Shown here: in pieces, positions 60,847 to 64,000 of the stretch
Layout of the letters: the number at the start of each line of letters is the position of its first letter
How positions within the stretch are numbered: position 1 is the stretch's first letter
Notes under the pieces: generated by a model
Database searches by the model: none
Seen by the model: only the letters and a program-made list of their open reading frames with translations
What the model was told of the DNA's origin: nothing
Source: Podarcis gaigeae
Taxonomy: Eukaryota
Direction: 5' to 3' (one strand)
DNA: 64,000 nucleotides
Assembly: GCA_964106915.2 (NCBI GenBank)
Contig: OZ066929.1
Translations under genes and position numbers: made by a program

Positions 60847-61084
60847 AAAAGAAAAGCCAACACCGCGATCCCTGCAACGTAATTTCAACGGGATCTCCAC
60901 CCAGTTCAGCAATCCGTTTGTGGGCCAGGCAACCATGCGCTCAGTCCCGGCGCCTGACCCTTGTCCCAAACCAAACCCCAAGGAAAACAGGGGGGTTGCG
61001 TGACCCGTCCTCGTGTCCATCCCTCGCCGGCTCCTCGCCGGCTGCTACCGGAGTCCCGTCCAGAGGCTGCTGCTGCTCGCCCGC

Positions 61085-61525
61085 CTAGTATTCCTGGGAG
61101 GCCTGGGTGGCTTTCTTCCTCGGCGCCGCTCCGCTCGCCGCTCCTCCTCCTCCAGCGCCGGCCTTGCGGGGCAGAAGGGCGGCGGGGATGTTGGGCAGGA
61201 CGCCGCCCTGCGCGATGGTGACGCGGCCCAGGAGGCGGCTGAGCTCCTCGTCGTTGCGCACGGCCAGCTGCACGTGGCGAGGTACGATGCGCGTCTTGCG
61301 GTTGTCCCGCGCCGCGTTGCCCGCCAGCTCCAGGATCTCGGCAGTCAGGTACTCCAGCACCGCGGCGAGGTAGACGGGCGCCCCGGCCCCGACCCGCTCC
61401 GCGTAGTGGCCGCGCCGCAGCAGCCGGTGCACGCGCCCCACCGGGAATTGCAGCCCGGCCCGCGACGAGCGCGACTTCGCTTTGGCCCGAGCCTTGCCGC
61501 CCCCGGTTTTCCCGCGGCCCGACAT
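61085..61525 (-). CDS. H2AX: Histone H2AX, 146 aa, intronless
   Basis: H2A core ([19 protein letters not shown]...[21 protein letters not shown]) with the diagnostic C-terminal ATQASQEY motif; syntenic position next to HMBS. Confidence 0.98.
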   Translation of the reverse strand: MSGRGKTGGGKARAKAKSRSSRAGLQFPVGRVHRLLRRGHYAERVGAGAPVYLAAVLEYLTAEILELAGNAARDNRKTRIVPRHVQLAVRNDEELSRLLGRVTIAQGGVLPNIPAALLPRKAGAGGGGAASGAAPRKKATQASQEY

Positions 61526-61546
61526 GCTTCTCCGCTGAAAGATCTG

Positions 61547-61773
61547 GCGCCAAAGGTGAACGAGACACCGAAGAATGAATGGGGAAAGAAAGCCCGCGCT
61601 TTCCTACCCATTTATAGCCGCCGCTCTTTCTTCTCATTGGACGCAACCTTTTAGCATTCCCATTGGCCCTCGGCTGCGTCAGGCGAACGCAGGGATTGGG
61701 CGCACGGATCGTTATCTGCTCGCCCATTGGTTGGTTTGCGGAGCCAGTAGGAAAGACGCGCGCCAAATTTAAA
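61547..61773 (-). promoter_or_regulatory. H2AX promoter: TATA, four CCAAT boxes, two E2F sites
   Basis: TATAAAT 61616-10; CCAAT at 61640-36, 61666-62, 61699-95 and 61730-26; TTTGGCGC at 61767-60 and 61554-47; CHR-like TTTAAA at 61768-73. Confidence 0.85.
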
Positions 61774-62099
61774 TGTGGGGGAGGTATTTGGCATTCGATT
61801 TTAGCTCCACCTTAAACAGGAAATGCAGCATGAGCAGAATCAGGATTTATTTTAGGAGTGGCAGGCTTTATGTTGGGGGGTGAGGGGAAGAACCAAATGA
61901 TCTGGTCAGTTAGTTCACTACTGTATTTAGATTTATTTGCTTGATTTGGGCGGGGGCAGCTGTCTCTGCACCTCCCTGGCTGTGCTCATGAAAGGTAGCT
62001 AGCCACTGCCACCCCTCCTTTACTGCTGCTTCGTATGTCTGCAGCAGGTAGAAAATCAGGGTCTGCCAACACACATTCATCATGTACACATTAATGTGC

Positions 62100-62229
62100 C
62101 AGTTACAGATAGGTAGCCGTGTTGGTCTGCCATAGTCAAAACAAAAAAAATTCCTTCCAGTAGCACCTTAAAGACCAACTAAGTCAGTTCTTGGTATGAG
62201 CTTTCGTGTGCATGCACACTTCTTCAGAT
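62100..62229 (-). mobile_element. Short Penelope-like element (pLTR-derived) fragment
   Basis: Minus strand reads CTGAAGAAGTGTGCATGCACACGAAAGCTCATACC...TTAGTTGGTCTTTAAGGTGCTACTGG...AGACCAACACGGCTACC. 12-bp direct repeat ACATTAATGTGC at 62088-99 and 62230-41. Confidence 0.7.
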
Positions 62230-62231
62230 AC
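62194..62231 (-). ncRNA. Minimal type I hammerhead ribozyme motif
   Basis: GUAU-CUGAAGA-A-GUGUG(CAUG)CACAC-GAAA-GC-UC^AUAC: complete CUGANGA / GAAA / NUH core, 4-bp stem I, 5-6-bp stem II and a palindromic AGCU in place of stem III. Confidence 0.72.
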
Positions 62232-62812
62232 ATTAATGTGCACTTGTGTTATCTACCACTTTTCTAAACTGTTAACCCCCAAAGTAAATGCTACTTTTAA
62301 AAGCGAGCACCCATAGTAGTAGGAAGAAGAACAAGTAGATAATCAGCCCAAAACCTGGTAGAAAAAGTGCATCTTGCTCTCCATGTGAAGAGCTATCAGA
62401 GAAAGATACAGCTCTCTAGCAAGATCCCACGTTTGTGGGGCAATATAATCTAGTTTCCAACTTCATCTCTCAAAGACAGTAGGAAGTATGGCAAGATGAC
62501 TTCTGATCCTCCCTCACCATTAGCCAAGGGGGGACAGTTACCCCCTCTAGATCAAGTAAAACAATAGAAATACTTAACTAAATGACCAATCACGTGGGTT
62601 CCCCCCCCCAAAAAAAAAACAAAAATGCTTGCTACACCCATGCCATTGGCCCTGCTGCTGCAAATGGATGTTGGAGAATAGTGTGGATTAAGAGAAAGCA
62701 ATGGAAGGGTAGGGGGAGTAACAGAGGTCCCAGCAGCTTGGGGAAGGGGGCTGCCCTGGCTCTGCTAGAAGGGGAAGTAGCTAGGGTGCACTTCATGGTA
62801 GATGTTCTAGAA

Positions 62813-63332
62813 CAGGGATGTCTAACCAGTTGATCCCAGGATGATCCTGGTCGCTTGCGGGATCCGTTTTGATTGGCGGTAGTGATTAGAAATGGAGAGA
62901 CAGTCCCTGCCGCCACTCTTCCTGTTGTGTGAAATGAATATTTTGTTGAGGAGCTGCGTTGTTGTTGTAGGTGAGCTCTACAAGCTTTGCTATTTCTCCC
63001 TTTACAAAGTGGTATTTGAAGAAGTGTGCATGCACACAAAAGCTTATACCCAGAACATACTTAGTTGGTCTCTGAGGTGCTGCTGGATAATTTATTTATT
63101 TTATTTATTTTGACTGTGTCAGACCAACATGGCTACCTATCTGAAATTTAAAAAGTTTATCAACTTTAGCCCCCGCCCCTAGAAAAAGGTCATCAACTTT
63201 GTCTTTGCTCCCTCTAAAAAAAGGTCAAAAACCTTTGCTCTCTCCCCCCCCCCCCCCCCGCCATGGGTAGATCACTTCCAGAATGTTTATACTGGGAGTA
63301 GATCACAGTCACTTGGGAGTTGGACATGCCTG
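62813..63332. mobile_element. Non-autonomous hAT (Charlie-like) transposon containing a second Penelope-like fragment (about 63012-63145)
   Basis: TIRs CAGGGATGTCTAAC / GTTGGACATGCCTG; 8-bp TSD TTCTAGAA (62805-12) / TTCTAGAG (63333-40), matching the nTCTAGAn target preference. Confidence 0.8.
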
Positions 63333-64000
63333 TTCTAGAGGGATAGTTGGCTGAGAAAGCTTGAAAACTTTGTTGTGCACCTAAGATTGCTCAGATTGCT
63401 CTTCCTTCAGTCATTTGTCCTTCCCTCATGACTAAAAGCTAGGATGTCACCTGGGTGATGTATTATTCTCCATTCCCTCCTCCCTCTTTCCTCTTCCATC
63501 CGCAAGATGTCACTTCCAGCTAATCCAGGCCTCCTCCTCCATTTCAACACTCAGGCCAGCTCCGTTTAAGCAAAAGACAACGAAACCAAAAAGCACTATA
63601 CCAAATCATCTTCATTTGGGTTTGTGAGAGAGAGTTGGACAGTAGTATAGAAACGGTTTAGAAGAGCAGCCCTGAATAGACCGTCAACAGGATCTTAAGG
63701 AGGTTTGAATTGAAGTCAGTCCCACCAGGTTCAATCGGAATTCCTTCCCACTTTGGTTGCGGGAGCTTCGGGGTCACTGTTTTGGCACTGCATTAGCCAT
63801 GAGACTATAAAAACAAAGTCCTTCAAAACAAACACAGCACAAACTAGGAGGGAAACTGCAATTGCAAAGCCCAAGCCCCCATCAGAGCTGTCTGGTGCTT
63901 TGATTCTATCAATATTTTGACAGTGAAGCCTTGCTCAAGTACTTACAGGTAGCCTGATGGGGAAATTTGCTTCCTTCTGTTGTGGAGGGACACACACACT

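Noticed and set aside
60973-60997. AACCCC...GGGGTT hairpin in the H2AX 3' UTR as a histone stem-loop
   Set aside because: Stem sequence and loop length do not fit the 6-bp stem / 4-nt loop SLBP consensus.
60906-61766. 286-aa and 213-aa ORFs overlapping H2AX
   Set aside because: Alternative-frame shadows of a very GC-rich histone CDS.

Overview
Vertebrate genomic DNA from a squamate, probably a lacertid lizard (inferred from Sauria-type SINEs). The gene order matches the conserved block SLC37A4(-) / HYOU1(-) / VPS11(+) / HMBS(+) / H2AX(-). I rebuilt all coding exons by hand from splice signals and frame continuity: SLC37A4 (first two coding exons, runs off the left edge), HYOU1 (24 coding exons, 992 aa, ends NDEL), VPS11 (16 exons, 923 aa), HMBS (14 coding exons, 358 aa) and intronless H2AX (146 aa, ends SQEY). 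The introns hold a nearly intact RTE-X-like LINE nested in an LTR-like element, a 5'-truncated L1, SINEs and Tc1/mariner and hAT MITEs. Main observations: (1) a candidate protein-coding erythroid first exon of HMBS behind a CACCC + GATA/TAL1 promoter, while the mammalian erythroid start Met is missing; (2) a minimal hammerhead ribozyme with an intact core in a Penelope-like insertion upstream of H2AX, plus a mutated inverted copy; (3) no histone stem-loop in the H2AX 3' region; (4) two U12-type introns and one GC-AG intron; (5) a duplicated HYOU1 splice donor that would remove the ER-retention signal; (6) a shared ERSE/CLEAR-type bidirectional promoter between HYOU1 and VPS11. Repeat family names and comparisons with human come from pattern recognition and memory, not from database searches.
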